In this document: positions 48,771 through 61,827 of the stretch, in pieces | Position numbering within the stretch: position 1 is the first letter of the stretch | How the letters are laid out: every line of letters starts with the position of its first letter | DNA from: Camelus dromedarius | Lineage: Eukaryota | DNA: 64,000 nt | Direction: 5' to 3' | Assembly: GCF_036321535.1 (NCBI RefSeq) | Contig: NC_087436.1 | Coordinates: forward strand, 15,252,001 to 15,316,000 | The notes under the pieces: model-generated | What the model was told of the DNA's origin: nothing | Databases searched by the model: none | What the model saw: only the letters and a program-made list of their open reading frames with translations | Made by a program: the position numbers and the translations under genes

Positions 48771-49249
48771 TTCAGATACAGATAGAGATGTTTTTGGGTT
48801 CTGTCAACTTCCAGCATGTGTAAAGCAGTGAATCCTGCCTCCTGTGAGGCAGTCACAGAACTGACATAAAAGTCTGTTTAGCAAGGTATTAAATGTGTGT
48901 CACATAAGGCAATCTCCCTCATACACCGTTGTCTTGGGGGGTTGCTTTTTGATTTTTCTACTTTGTTTTCTGTTTTTAAAAAATCACCAATTTTCTGGTG
49001 GAAAAATGCTATTTGTTTATTATAAAGAACTTAAGTAATGCAGAAAAATACAAAGATTTTCAGATACTACGACCTCAGAATAACTGCCATTAATTCTGGC
49101 TGAGCATTGTCCCAGGCATTTTTCCATGAATACATTGTGTTAGAGGGATTGGTTGATGGGATGGGCAGATCGGAGGTTAGAGGAATAAGATTTTCGAAAA
49201 TAAGAGGTTTTAGTGTACTGATTTTAGGGTTTTTTTTTTCATGAAGTAT

Positions 49250-49780
49250 ATGGTTCATTGGTTTTTAGGATAGTCACAAAGTTGTACAACCATCACCACT
49301 ATGTAATTCCAGAGCATCTTCATCACCCTAGGAAACAAACCCTGCATCTCCTGATTAACCCTGCATCCTAGGCAACCAGTAATCTGTTTTCTGTCTCTGG
49401 ACTTGTCTGTTCTGGACTTTTAATTTAAATGCACTCATACAGCATGTGGCGTCTTGTGTCTGGCTTCTTTCACCTGAGACTGTGTTTTCAGAGTCCATCT
49501 GTTGTAACAAGTGTCGGCACTTCCTGCCTTTTTATGGCTGGAGAATACTCCAGTGTGGACCTAACCACGTTCTGTCTGTCGTTCATCAGTAATGGGCAGC
49601 TGTGTAGTTTCCGCGTTTGGGCTCTTACGAGTTATGTTGGCTGTGAACATGTATGTACAGGTTTTTGTTTGTGCCTGTGTTTTCAAATATCTTGGGGATA
49701 TACCTATGGGAACGGAATTTCTGGGTCATCTGGTAATTGCATTTTGAATATTTTGAGGACCTGCCAGACTGTCTTCTAAG
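49250..49780 (-). mobile_element. Old L1 (L1MB-like) 3'-end fragment
   Basis: 'gttgtacaaccatcaccact...ctaggcaaccagtaatct...tctggcttctttcac...ttgaggacctgccagactgt'. Confidence 0.75.
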
Positions 49781-50924
49781 AGGACCCCCTCTCTCATTGT
49801 CACCGCCCCCTTCCTGCCCTGTCCCTGGGATGGGTCTTTTCCCCCCTGCACTCTGACCCCGAAGCCGTGGAACAGGGACAGGCCAGAAGCCTGGGTGCTT
49901 TCCTTTCGTACTTCCTTCCAGATGCTTTAAAAATCACTTCAGCTAGAGAAACCGATGGGTGGTAGTTAAGAGGGTGTGTGAATTTAGTCACCAGGAACCC
50001 AAGGCTGAGTTTCCGCCCCGCGTGTCAGAGCCGGCTCCTGTGGTCGAAGTGTGACCAGGGGTCCCCGCTTGCATCGCCCCCCACTCTTGGCGGCCATTCA
50101 TTAGCACACATGACCAGCATTGCAGCAGGAACCCTTCGTTATAGGTCTGTCTTGGGTGGGTGGCTGCAGGCTGGGCCAGAAACCATTGTACGTGGACAGC
50201 ACTTCCCGGGCTGGGGCTTTGAAGGCAGACAGAGCTGAGGATCTGTGCCATGTTGTGTTTGCCGCAAGGGGGCCAGAAGAGCCCGCGGAGCCTGGCCTGG
50301 AGGCAGCTGGCCCGCTTCACTGGCTGCCACCCTGCTGGGCTCCAGCCAGGAGTGCACGATCTGTGTCTTAAATAGGAATAAGCGGAGGGTTGGGTGCTGG
50401 AATCCTGTGTCAGCCCAGGGGGCAGGGGCTGGGCTGTGACAGCACTTGACTAATTTGGGAAGTTAATAAGCTGGTCGTCCTAACTCCGGGAATAGAGGAC
50501 ACTCCCGCCACCAGGCATTTGTCCCTGGAGGCCCCTGACGTTTGCTTCCCTAGCGTCACTCCTTGGTCCCCCACCCTAAACAGCCCCTCTCTCTCGGGGA
50601 GCAGCCAGCCTCTCTGCATGTAAAGCATCCATCCCAGCGCCGTCCTGCTTTTCCTGCTGAGTGGTGTGGCTTGGCCATGATCCCTGAGCTATCTCACCTC
50701 ACCTCTGTTCTGGTTATTTTGGCTCAGGCAGATCCAACCAGTATTTGGGCCTGTCGGGTCCCAGCTATACTGGGTGCCAGGCAGCTGACCCCTGGGCGGT
50801 CAGCTCGGCTCTGCTCTGCACTGTCAGCCACATGACTGCCAGGCCCGCTGGCTCGCAGGCCCGGGCCGCCAGCAGCGTCCACATCTGCCAGGCTTCCCTG
50901 TAAAAAGTTGCTGCACAGATTCTT

Positions 50925-51071
50925 CATTATTATATTATTGAAGTATAGTCAGTTTATAATCTTATGTTAGTTTCTGGTGTACAGCATAGTGATTGAGATA
51001 TATATATATATCTTCCTTTTCATATTCCTTTTCATTATAGGCCATTATGAGGTGTTGAATATAGTTCCCTG
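50925..51071 (-). mobile_element. Severely 5'-truncated L1 3' end with a 15-bp TSD
   Basis: TSD GCTGCACAGATTCTT at 50910-50924 and 51072-51086; body 'ttgaagtatagtcagtt...tggtgtacagcatagtgatt...ttgaatatagttccctg'. Confidence 0.85.
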
Positions 51072-52657
51072 GCTGCACAGATTCTTTATCAGCAAGTCCT
51101 TGCAGGTGATTTGTTATGAGCCAGAGGTCTGGACCTCTCTTGAGATCTCTACTCTCTCTTCCTGGATGTTGGACATTTTCCACTAGGAACTTTTTTAGGA
51201 GACCTTGCAGATGAACAAAATAAACACTGGTCGAAGTCTAAATACCTGCCAGCAGGGGTCATTTAATTAAACTATGATGAGTACATTTGATGGATATTAA
51301 GATTATTTTTTGTATTAATATAAGAAAGTGCCTCTGTAATAAGTGAAATGGAAGCAGGTTACAAACTGTTTATGTGTTGCGATCACAACTATTTACGAAA
51401 CAGAAACCGATGGGAAGGGAAAACACCAAAATACTAACACGGGTTCTCTCTAGGGCATGGGAATCCCTGATTTCTCTTTGTCTATGCTGTATTTACTCAT
51501 TTTTTAGAGTGACATGTGTTAACTTTTACAATTAGGAACAGTGTTTTTAAATTCTAAGTCTTAATTCAAGAGAAGCAAATGTTATCTGTACTGGGGAGAA
51601 GAGAAGCCCTTTAGACTTGTTGGCTCCCGGGGTCCAGTCCGCATTACAGACTGTTCTGTGCCCCGGTCCCCTTGCTACTGACATGCCATCCCTGAGCTTG
51701 TGGAGAGCAGGGAGAGTTCTTACCTGCTTGTGTGCCCTGTCTCCTCAGTGCCTTACTCATCATCGGCTGAATAAACATTTGAGGAGTTGAGTTGGAGGCA
51801 CCTGTTGTTCTGTATTTTTCTTAAAAAAGCAACAGGTTTTTCTGTGTGCAGCCAGGGGGCGCCCTGGGGGTGGGGGAAGCTTTCAGAGGAATGCCTCTGG
51901 GCCAGGGTCACTGTGGGCCTCCGGCAGCTGAGCTGAAGCCTTACGGCCTGTTCCCCAGGCCAGGTGACTCCTGCTGGCCAGCACTTGGCCAGCAATGTTG
52001 TAGTGCAGGTACTGACTGCTGGTTGGGATGGACTGAGATGGAGGAGGAGCTGCAGAGGCTAGTAGGAACCCTCCCATCCGGCCCACACTGGAAAGACAGG
52101 AGGAGTGAGGACAGCTGCCCTGGGGAACCTCTAAAACTGTCTTCCTTTTTTCCACCTTTATTAAGTTTGTTATTTTTTTTTTTTTTAGTAGAAAAATACC
52201 CACACTGTTAACTGCGGATTATTGTAGTCAGATTCAGGTCCAGGTCTACTTAGAGGGTAGATAGGGAAGCCTGGGGCCCCTGTGGATTGTGATTGATGTT
52301 TTTAGTTATTTTCCGTTTTGCATCCTCTTTACAGGCCACTCTCTCGCCCCACTAAAATCACTTTTCCCAGCAGGCTGAGTGTTATGACTTCATCTAAGTG
52401 CATTGGTCACCTCCTGCATCCTTCACCAAAATGTCTCCTCAATTAATTAACTCAGTGGACGTCATGTCAACAGGGGTCCTGCGAGTAATCATGTCCTCTC
52501 ACCTCCCCGCCCCTCCCTTCTGTGCCAGTTGAGTCAGTGAGTGGGGAGGACCATCCGTCTCCCCTGGGGGTGGGTCTGCGCACAGCTGGGGCTTCCGCTC
52601 CGCTGCCCCGGCCGATGGAGCTGGCGGGAGAGCTGACTCATCCCCCTCTGGCTGTAG

Positions 52658-52792
52658 GTGTTTGAGGAGCTGTGGAGGAGCGAAGGGAAGACTCCTGCCC
52701 AGATCGTGGCAGAAAAGCAGCTGGAGCTGATGCAGGATGACGAGGCACTGGAGCAGCTCTGCCGCGCCACGATGGAGGCCCACCCTCAAGTG
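52658..52792 (+). CDS. GATB: GATB exon 12 ([45 protein letters not shown])
   Basis: ggctgtag|GTG ... GTG|gtaccc; 135 nt, phase 0/0. Confidence 0.95.
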
Positions 52793-54097
52793 GTACCCAG
52801 CACCGCGGGCGGGGTGGGGGGCGGGGCTTCGCGGCCCGAGCGGCTCCGCCCTCCCGAGCCCAGAGGCTCCTCCTAATAATGGTCCATAATCCCCAATTAT
52901 TTTTGTCAGTTTTTAGCTAAGGTGAAGAGATGAAATTAGGTGAATACTGGAAAAGCACAGCTTTTCCTGGAAGGAAAATCCACCCCGGAGTTCAGTCTCA
53001 CGGAGTCTGGGTTAAAGAGGGTGTTAGCAAGTTTGCACCTCCCAGGCCTGCGTCCTCTCCCAGGGTTGGGGCGCTCTGCTTTATAGGAGGACCTCTCTAT
53101 CCTAAAGCAGCAGGCAGGGCTGCAGAGAGGGGAAAGAGGGAAACACTTCAGTTTCATGCCCTTGAGAGGTGGGAAGAAAGGCAGAAGCGAAAATTATTTG
53201 TAAATTATGGAGAAAATCCTTGACAGGAACATAGCTGGAAATCAAGTCATTTTGTGTTCTGAGCATAGAACAAAGCAGAAAAGGTAAAAATGAGGAGCAC
53301 CCCTCCCTCCTTGAGTCTAATCACACTGTCCAGAGATGTTTTTCAATGGGGAAAAAATGGCTAGCCTCCCTTTCAGAACGATACCACCCACCCATCAGCT
53401 TGCGGGAGACACTAACAGCTCTGTAAAGAGCTCTCGATAAGGAAAATGAGCTTGCGCTGGGGCCCGGCAATCTCCATCTTCCTGCCTCATCTGGAGTGAC
53501 TGATAAAGACACTCTTTTAGTTTCAGACTCGTTCTGCAGTGCCGAGTGCAGATACTCGGAGACGCTTTTGCCCATCCGGACACAGCAGAGCAGGAGGTTG
53601 GGCGGGAGGCCCTGACGCGGTGGCTGTTTGACAGGCACTCCGTGCCCCTGCCCCGCATCCCATCCTGCCCACCGGGCACTCCTACTCCCACTCCCACACC
53701 CAGATGCTCCTGAGAGCTGGCCTTTTGTGGGTCTGTCTGCTAGTAAATGAGCTTCTCAGCCAGGAGTTGGTGGGGAGCCTGCTGAACCCCACTGGAGGAT
53801 TAGTGAGGGGGCTCATTATCGCCCAGGAGGGGCATCCTGCATGCCAGCTTCTCAGTGTGATATGTCACCATCCTCAGTCCCTTTTAATAATAATAAGGCA
53901 AGGTAGCAAATATCTCCTGTGCCAGGAGCCCAGAAACCTCCCCCGAAGTTCACGCCTTCCCCTTGTCTTTTCTCATTCTGTATCTAAGTCTCAGAGAAAA
54001 AAAGTAACTGAATGTAAGTTTCAGTGAACATGAACTTGATTTAGGATTTTCAGACAAGAGTTTCTTTTCTCCTCTAAGACGGTTTCTGTCTTTAAAG

Positions 54098-54226
54098 GTG
54101 ATGGATCTAAAGAAAGGAAACCCCAGAGCGATAAACAAACTAATTGGGTTGGTCCGAAAAGCGACTCTGGGCCGAGCAGACCCCACTGCGATCAAGGAGG
54201 TCCTGGAGAGGCAGCTGTCGGGGTGA
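54098..54226 (+). CDS. GATB: GATB exon 13, coding part ([42 protein letters not shown])
   Basis: tctttaaag|GTG; YqeY-like tail GxVxKxTxGRADP; TGA at 54224-54226 immediately followed by TAG. Confidence 0.96.
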   Translation: MMDLKKGNPRAINKLIGLVRKATLGRADPTAIKEVLERQLSG

Positions 54227-54738
54227 TAGCCAGACCCCTGGCCTGAGGGAGGACAGTGCCACCCCAAGAGCTGAAGCCCCACTGCGCCCCGATGTGACGC
54301 CTCCACAGAAGACCAGGCCTCCGGCTGTTGCTCCACTGACATCAGGATGGCTCCGTGAGGTGCACCCACGGTTAAGACATAGCACGTTCTAGTGCTTAGT
54401 GACACTGCGCTCACTGAAACACGCTGTTCCAGATACGGTCACCAGCCTTGGAAAACATTTCATTCTGCAGCTTCCTCAACAAATATATTTAAGCACATCC
54501 TAAGGGCCAGGCATTGTGGTGGGGGTGAGGGGTGGTGAAGAGACTGTGGTCTGGATGCAGTATTTTAGACCTAAAAATAGGTTAATGAAGAAGAAATCAC
54601 ACATTTGTTTGGGGAGCTCTCCTGAGGGCGCGGAGGGAGGGCACTAGTCTTGGTACCAGGAGTGGGTGGTGCTCGCCCACCCAGAGTAAAAGTGATGGTG
54701 CCCGTTCAGCTCCCCAGGGATTCCCGAAGAGGTCTGAG

Positions 54739-54801
54739 AATAAATGATTTGGGGGGGGGGGTAAAAAAGACAGGAGTTTTCAAATAAATTTAATGAATAA
54801 A
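54739..54801 (+). terminator. Candidate GATB polyadenylation signals (AATAAA at 54739, 54783 and 54796)
   Basis: Three canonical hexamers 0.5-0.6 kb after the stop codon; which is used is unknown. Confidence 0.65.
54789..54794 (-). terminator. Candidate distal FHIP1A polyadenylation signal (ATTAAA on the - strand)
   Basis: On the - strand: upstream UGUA (54835-54838) and AU-rich sequence, ATTAAA, then U-rich 'CTGTCTTTTTT' downstream. Confidence 0.5.
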
Positions 54802-55974
54802 ATATATACTGAAATATCACATAAAAAATTAACTTACATGTCAAAGATTGTGCAGTTGACAACCCCCCTCCCAACCCTCAGGCCAGAAAAAGGAAAAAAA
54901 AAAAACAGCTGTTAACATTAAACTTAATTTGTTTTGCCTGAAAAGATGATGATAAAACTAGTATGTCAAAATCCTGACCTTTAACAGTAACTGTGGTGCA
55001 GTTAACGGTTTAAGTCCACGAAGGCTGGGTTGCCCTCACCCCTGTTCTCATGACAATAATACTATTTCTGTCTGTCGCACCAGGGTGCCCCTTTGTTCAC
55101 TGCCTGCCTTTGTTACCTCAGACTCAACAACGCCTGAAGCCCAGTTTTGCGGATGGTTTGTTTCTTTTTAAAGCACATGTCAAATTGTGACCTAAGAGAA
55201 CAAAATCTTTGGAGGCCCTGATTTGCAGTGAATTCTCTCTTGTGCTAAGAGTACAAACATTTCCATCACGGATGGCGCTCCAGTGGCAGCTGGGGACGTA
55301 GCGAGGTAGGCCTTCTTGGCTCCTGGGCTGCAGACAACGCTCGGACTTCCCTGACTAGGAGTAATGAGAGCCGTGTCCCTCCTACCCAGCCAGAAGAGCA
55401 CGGCCAGGAAGGAACCTTGTTGTGTGGTTTCTTTTTGACAAGCATGAAGAGGTAAGGTTTTTTTGGTTGTTTTTTTTTTAATTGACTTTTAAAAAGATTC
55501 GTGCCTTAGAAGTGTTAAGAGAATACGTTACATCGCCCAGGAAGCCATGTGCCCCTCACACATTCTGTTGCAATGCTCAAAACTACTGGGCCTAAAAGGA
55601 AAATATTTTCCGCAAACCTCTTTTTGAGAGAGAAGGCAGAGTGAGTTCCATCTCCTTGCGCCGTGACTCTCAATTACAAACGGGTGAAGGCGGTCTGAGA
55701 CTGGGATCTGGCGGGAGAATGGTTTTGTAAGAAATGATGAGGTTCAGTTTTGTTTCACAAACTCTGTTTTCACCAAAGTCTGCCTTCTTGGTCATCAGAC
55801 CTTACAGAAGGCCCTGGACGATCTTTCCAGACTTTAAATCAAGGCCTACGTAAATGGGGGCTGGGGGGGTGGGCAGCTGGATGACCATTTGCCACAATAT
55901 TCAATATTCTGTCCAGTGTAAACTGTGTTAGGGACGGATCACTCCCCAAGAAAAGTGCCACCGCTGGGGACAAA

Positions 55975-56120
55975 ACGGGTAAAGGGGTCAGCCGTATGGC
56001 AGCAGATGGAAACTCAGCCTTTGGTGGTGAGCACACTGTAGTGTATCCCGAAGTCAAAATACAGTGTTGCATATGTGAAATTTATGTTATAAACCAATGT
56101 CACCTCAGTTAATAAAGAAA
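55975..56120 (+). mobile_element. Short L1 3'-terminal fragment
   Basis: 'gatggaaact...tttggtggtgagcacactgtagtgtat...ttataaaccaatgtcacctca...aataaa'. Confidence 0.65.
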
Positions 56121-59100
56121 AGCTTTAAGTCCTTGATCTTCATAATGCCGTCAGCCAGCTCTTGTTGACAACTACCTGCCGTCCTGACTGCCTGCTTCTG
56201 AAATCCTAGAAATCAGATTATGTTGTAACTGCTAATAGAAAGAAAGGTGGGGGCAGCCGGAGGGGATCAAAGCACAGCTCAGATATCTGACTTGGAACCT
56301 GACCAGACAGTCAAACTATATGTTCATACAACACCCTAAGAAAGTCACAGAGGGTCACTCTGCTTGTAAACGGGCCTCAGTGAAATACAAATTACAATAC
56401 ATTGTTGCATGAGTGTGAATTTAGTCTGGTTCTCTGCTTTTCTGGGGAAATCTCATTAAAATGGATGAGTTGGCACCACAGGTGAAGCCACTGTCATCTG
56501 TCACTGGAATCCACGCACCTGCAGGCTGGGAGGGGACGTGCTGGAAACTGGTGCTCCCCGGGGGAGCCCGGACCAGCTCCGCGTGGTCAGGCTCAGACCG
56601 TGTGTGGTGTTGCTTGAGCAGGTCGGCTGAGGGGTTGGATGGTTCTGCTGGGAGGGTTGGAGTGGCAGCCTTAACACCCAGCATGCTTCCAGCATAGAGT
56701 AAGTTTTTGTAAAAGTTTACAAAACAAAATCAACGGACGAGGAGCCCCTTATACGAGTATGAGAAGTGGGTGCCGCCAACCACGAGGCTTTTAAATTCCA
56801 GATGTCTGGGTTTAGGACGGAGCTTCTTGATTCGGTCCACGCTCGTACATCAAGGTGAACGTCTGTTCCCATCTTTTAGGGAAAAAACTCACCATCATTT
56901 ACATCAAGGGTGTTTTTGCTGGGCTCCTCCCACGCCCCCTGTTTTTGTAATTATCACTAATCTGGAAGAAGGCTATGAATTTTTTTTTTAAAGTAAACAC
57001 CCTCCTAGAGTTGGTTGGTTAATTCAGTACATAGCGTATGGCCATGAGCCACAAACTGCTGTCCTTTTCACATCTACTCAACGTAGCTGCATCTGTTCAA
57101 GGATTCCACATAGTGAGTATTTGGAAGAAGCCACTAAGTCTATCTGAAAGGCCCTGTTATTCACCCACTACCAAAAGCAGCATGGAAATGGTGGCCATGC
57201 CTCTTCAGTGGATTTTAGACAAATGCACTAGTGGGTTATCTGTGAACAGAGTGGACACTCGATGGTGAGATGGCAAAAGTCTGGTTGGTGGTCCACCCTC
57301 GCTGTCTCCCATAGTCAGACAGCTTAGCAAAGATCATCTAAGTAATATTGTCAACACCAAATTCTCTCTTGTAAAACAGCTGTGGGGCAGAATGGAGCCT
57401 TGTTACAGGTGGGCCTTTTCTAGACTTGTCCCCAGTGCTTGTGTGGGTGACAGTGAGTCAGATTTACTCACGAGCTGTGAGACAGGAGCAAAATCTACAA
57501 CGACAGCTGGGCAGGGAGGGGCCTCCCAGCTCAAATCAGGCCCTGCCCTGGGGTGCCTCATGCAGAAGCCTAAGAACTTCGTTCCTGTCCTTCTGGTCCC
57601 TACAGAACATCACCAGAAATCTTCCACTCAAGCCCTGTTTGTCCAGTTAATGAGCTGCCAGGATAATCTGTCCCCCAAAGCAAGCACTGGCCAAATGAAC
57701 ACCTGAACACGGGGGGATTTGCTACGGCAAAATTATCCCGAAAACGGCTTAGTCTTCCAAGAGCTCTGTCCAAAGCCTTAGGTTTATGATGGTCATTCAA
57801 AGAGGGGGAAGAAAGTCAACTCCATTCTCTTAAAATGTTTCCTCCGTGACATGATTTAAGAATGGAGTATAAATTAGTCTGCCTGTGGCCTGTTTTAAGC
57901 TGCGCTTTGATGGAGAATCAGCGCTGTGTGGTTTACATGGTTGAAGTGAGAACATCTTCCTAATGACTGACAGCGGATGTGGCCTCAGCCGCAGAGGCTG
58001 CCGTGTCCAGGAGGAGCTTACGCTGCAGAGCTGCCCGAGACGCACGGGAGCCACAGACTGCACCGGCCCGGCCGGCGACTCCCAGCGGCACGCGCGGTAC
58101 TAACTGTCCTGCGGTGACGCTGCATGAGAACGGCAGGGCTGACAGCCATCTCAGTAAACGCAGGCTGGTGATGAGCAATTATGCTGAACCGCCCACCCCT
58201 CCACGGGAGCTGTGGGCGCTGTGGACATTCAGCATCACACCAGCAACATGTCCCCACCCCCCCACGCCGGGGCAGCACTTCCCACAGGAAGGCAGTCTAG
58301 ACACCCTGATACCCACACTCAGAGCAGGCAGCCCATCTGCAACCCTAAACCTCTAAACCCATCTGAAAATCCACCAGCATTGACTGCTGCAACCAAGCTG
58401 ATTCCGAGACAGCAAAAACGACTTTCAAGCCCTCATACCACAAGCTGCCCCAAATGAACAGGCAGCCCAAACATGCACACGCCCGGCTCTAGACTCTGCT
58501 CCGGAGAGGGTGCTCTCTGACAACACCCTGGCCCCAGGATGTCTTAATGGACTGAAAAATCAGTAACTACATCAGACCTAAACAGAAACCACTTGTTGAG
58601 GAAAAAGGACCCCTCAAGACCCGCAGAAGAACTGAATACCTCGTCCCTAAACATGACGGAGACATCGATTCCAAACCCCCAGCACGTCAAAGTATTTTCC
58701 AAAATAAGACTAAGTAAAATGGGGACCACTTCATAATTCCTCTAAATACCAGGGTTAGGCAGTATCTGTTAATACAGTCACAGCTCTGATTGGTTACTCC
58801 AGCACTCCCATTTCATGTCTGGGAAACTAATTTACTCCATGAAATTGTATTTTAGACTAAACTCAACCTGGAATCTCTTTAAAATTTTAAAAACATTTAC
58901 TTGGTCATTTCCAAAAATCAATTTCAAGTATCCCAGTGCTCTCATATACCCTGAACCACAAAATTCACTCCTAGAACCTGACCTCAGACCCTGAATTAGG
59001 AACCAAGGTTAAAGATGGATGTTCCAGGAACCCTTGACTCACCCTCACTGCCCAGGACCATCAGGCTTGAGACAGTGATGCCAGCCTCAGGGGCTGCACC

Positions 59101-61827
59101 TGAGCACTGTGTCCACTCCAACCAGTAGCGCAGCGTCTGACACGTGAGTCTGTCGCGTGGAAAAGCGGCCACACCCTTGGACATTGTAAAGCATGCCAAG
59201 TATCATTCAATATTTCCCCCCAACTCATTACAAAAGATTTTTCCAAGGGCATCACCCATTTGTGACTAGAATATTCTATTTCATTACCATGATTTTTCCC
59301 ACCACGGAATTCCCGTCACCACCCACCTGCTGTACAGGGTTTTCTCATCTGCCTGGATCCACGTCCATCCCTCCAGCCCCCCCGGGACTTGCTGCTCTCC
59401 TTTCAGCTTCAGGTTTCTGCTGTTTCTCCTCTGGCAGGACCACACCACCCCCAAACCGTCCCCACCTAACCTGCCCGGCTGTTTCCCTCAATTGCGTGCG
59501 TTCACTGGTTCCCTATTGTGTTATTTCTGGGTCAGTTTTCTGACGTCATTCTGAAAAGCCCTGGACACAGTACTCTGGCGGAGGGTGGCAATGGATTCAG
59601 AAACCTGAACCAGTGTCCAGTTCCAGAGGGTTAGCATTGAGTCTGCTGCCTGCACCCCACCTCAGGAGTTCATTTTCCTGCCTCTTGCCCCAGACAACTC
59701 TATCCTGTACAGCAAGTCTACTTCAGTACCTACTTTGAAAACATACTTTTCCCCTAAGGGCACCTTCCACAAAGGGGACTTCACTGTTCTAAGTAAAGCA
59801 ACATGGACTCAAGAAGAAGAATCAACACTGTCACCAAATAGTGGAGGGAAGTGTGAATCAGACCAGAAAGCTAAAGAACACAGCTTCCAGATGTGACTTC
59901 AGCATCTTATATACCTGGGAAGTCCAAACGGGGAGATAAGTACTTGTGTGAAACAAAGTTGGAGGATAATCAATTGCAGCTGAAGCTCCATCTTTCTGCT
60001 CCCCTCTTCCGATCGCTTCCTTAAACCAACCTCATTTCCGACAGAGACCTGTGCAAATACAGGCGGGCGCCGGGGAAGCTGAGGGCAGGCTGGTCCCCCG
60101 GCCCCATGCGTCCTGGCTGCTGCACCATGGCCTGGCAAACCAATTTTGAAGGCAGACAAATTTGAAGTCAGAAAGGTACAACGCACTGGAACGTTTGGCT
60201 TCTTGCTGAGACTCAGAAGCACTGCGAGGCTGCCTCCCGAGCCCCGGCCAGGTCCCCCGGGGCTCCAATCCAGGCGCTGGCTCGCTCGCTCTCCTTACAA
60301 AGCTGCCTCCAGATCCCTGACGCACAAAAGGCAGCCTCTGCTCTGCAGCGTCTCGGCTGCGGTTCTTTCTTCCACGCCCCTCCTGCACTAGGTCCTGATG
60401 AAAACCAAACCTGTGCTCCCGAGGCCCAACCAGCAGACCTGCGGCTGCCCCCGGGGCTCAGCAACGCTGCCCACAGACAGCAGACAGCGGGGGCTTCCAG
60501 GTCCCCTCAACAGGCAGGCTCATCCCAGTTCTGTGCTTCTCACCTGCCCACGAGAGAGACGAGTGGCATCCGAAATCCATACGTATCAGTTGGTTATGGT
60601 CTCATTTTTTAGCCCACAATTATTTTGTGTTTCCCCCTCTCGGTGGCTTAAGGAGACTGTGGCCCTCAGTATAATTATGCCCTTGGAGCAGGCTGCAGGG
60701 CGGCAGAGGCGCTAATACATCACGGTGGGGCCTCCTAATGAGCCCCGTTACTCAGGAGGCAGCGTTCCCGCGCAGAGCGCATCCCCAGCAGGCACTCGGC
60801 TTGGCAGCGCTCCCTGCGACCTGTTTCCTTGACATCCCTGTCCCCAGAGTGGCTGCACAGTTTCTGTTTCTCTACAAAGTGCAACATATTAGAAAAAGCA
60901 AAGAGAATTTAAAATAATTACTGATGTTTGTACAGATTGTATTTAGTTTACCTCTATCCCTTTCCCCACTCCAAACGCCCCAGAAAACCCCACTATGAAA
61001 TAGGTTAACAAATAATTCAGTCTGTTTTCCATAAAACACTTTAAAAAATAATGATGGTTGTCTTCTCATGTAAGCATATGACACCATGCTTTCTTCATCA
61101 GATCGATCGAAGTCCTTAAAACCAAAGTAACAGTTTGCATAGATATATTTCATTTTCTGCAAATCTGACTAAAATAAGGCTATTTTCAGTGTTTAGGTAG
61201 TGATGTTCTGAGTACAGAAAGCTCTCAAGCAACAAGAACATTTCCCTGCGTTCCAAATTCTCTCCAGCTGCATCTGACTTCCCAGGCAGAGCGCTTGGAC
61301 CGGTGGACGAGCCCGCACCATAAGGCAACACACGGTGGGTGGAATACAAGTCTTGGAAGTAAAATGCAAAGGGACGTACGATCTGTGCCTGTGATGGAGG
61401 CAGGAGGCGCTCCATCTTCATTCTTCCCTTTTATAAAACGGAAGCCAGAAGGCAGCAGGCCACCGGAGCAGGCGTGCCTTCTTCACAGGCACTTCCAGAC
61501 ATCACCGAGCCCCAGGATGCGCCTGGTGTGGCCTCAGCTGCAAACTGAGTGACTCAAAGGGATGGGAGAAGGACCAAAACCTCTGAGGAGGGACAACAGC
61601 CAAGACCTGCCAAAGGAGCACCCTGCTTCTGAGACGTACATTCTAGGGACAGGAGGTGGGAAGACCCGGCTGGTGAGAGAGGAGGTGCCCAGGAAACCCC
61701 CTCCCCACCAATCAAGTATCGTCAGGAAGTCTCCAAGTAGAAAGTTTTGTAAGCAGCTTTGCATTTAACATTCAGTCGAGATACTAAAACCTTAAAAAAC
61801 AAGAATGTCTTAAAAAAAAAAAAATAG

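Noticed and set aside
51849..51862. CTCF-like motif CAGCCAGGGGGCGC (a weaker one lies near 6055-6068)
   Set aside because: Imperfect match, expected by chance in 64 kb of GC-rich DNA.
7849..54226. GatB motifs as evidence of bacterial contamination or horizontal transfer
   Set aside because: The gene is split by ten canonical GT-AG introns filled with mammalian repeats; it is the normal nuclear gene for mitochondrial GatB.
57960..58356. CpG-rich patch with overlapping 70-125 aa ORFs
   Set aside because: Low-complexity A/R/P-rich translations typical of GC-rich non-coding DNA; no splice or domain support.
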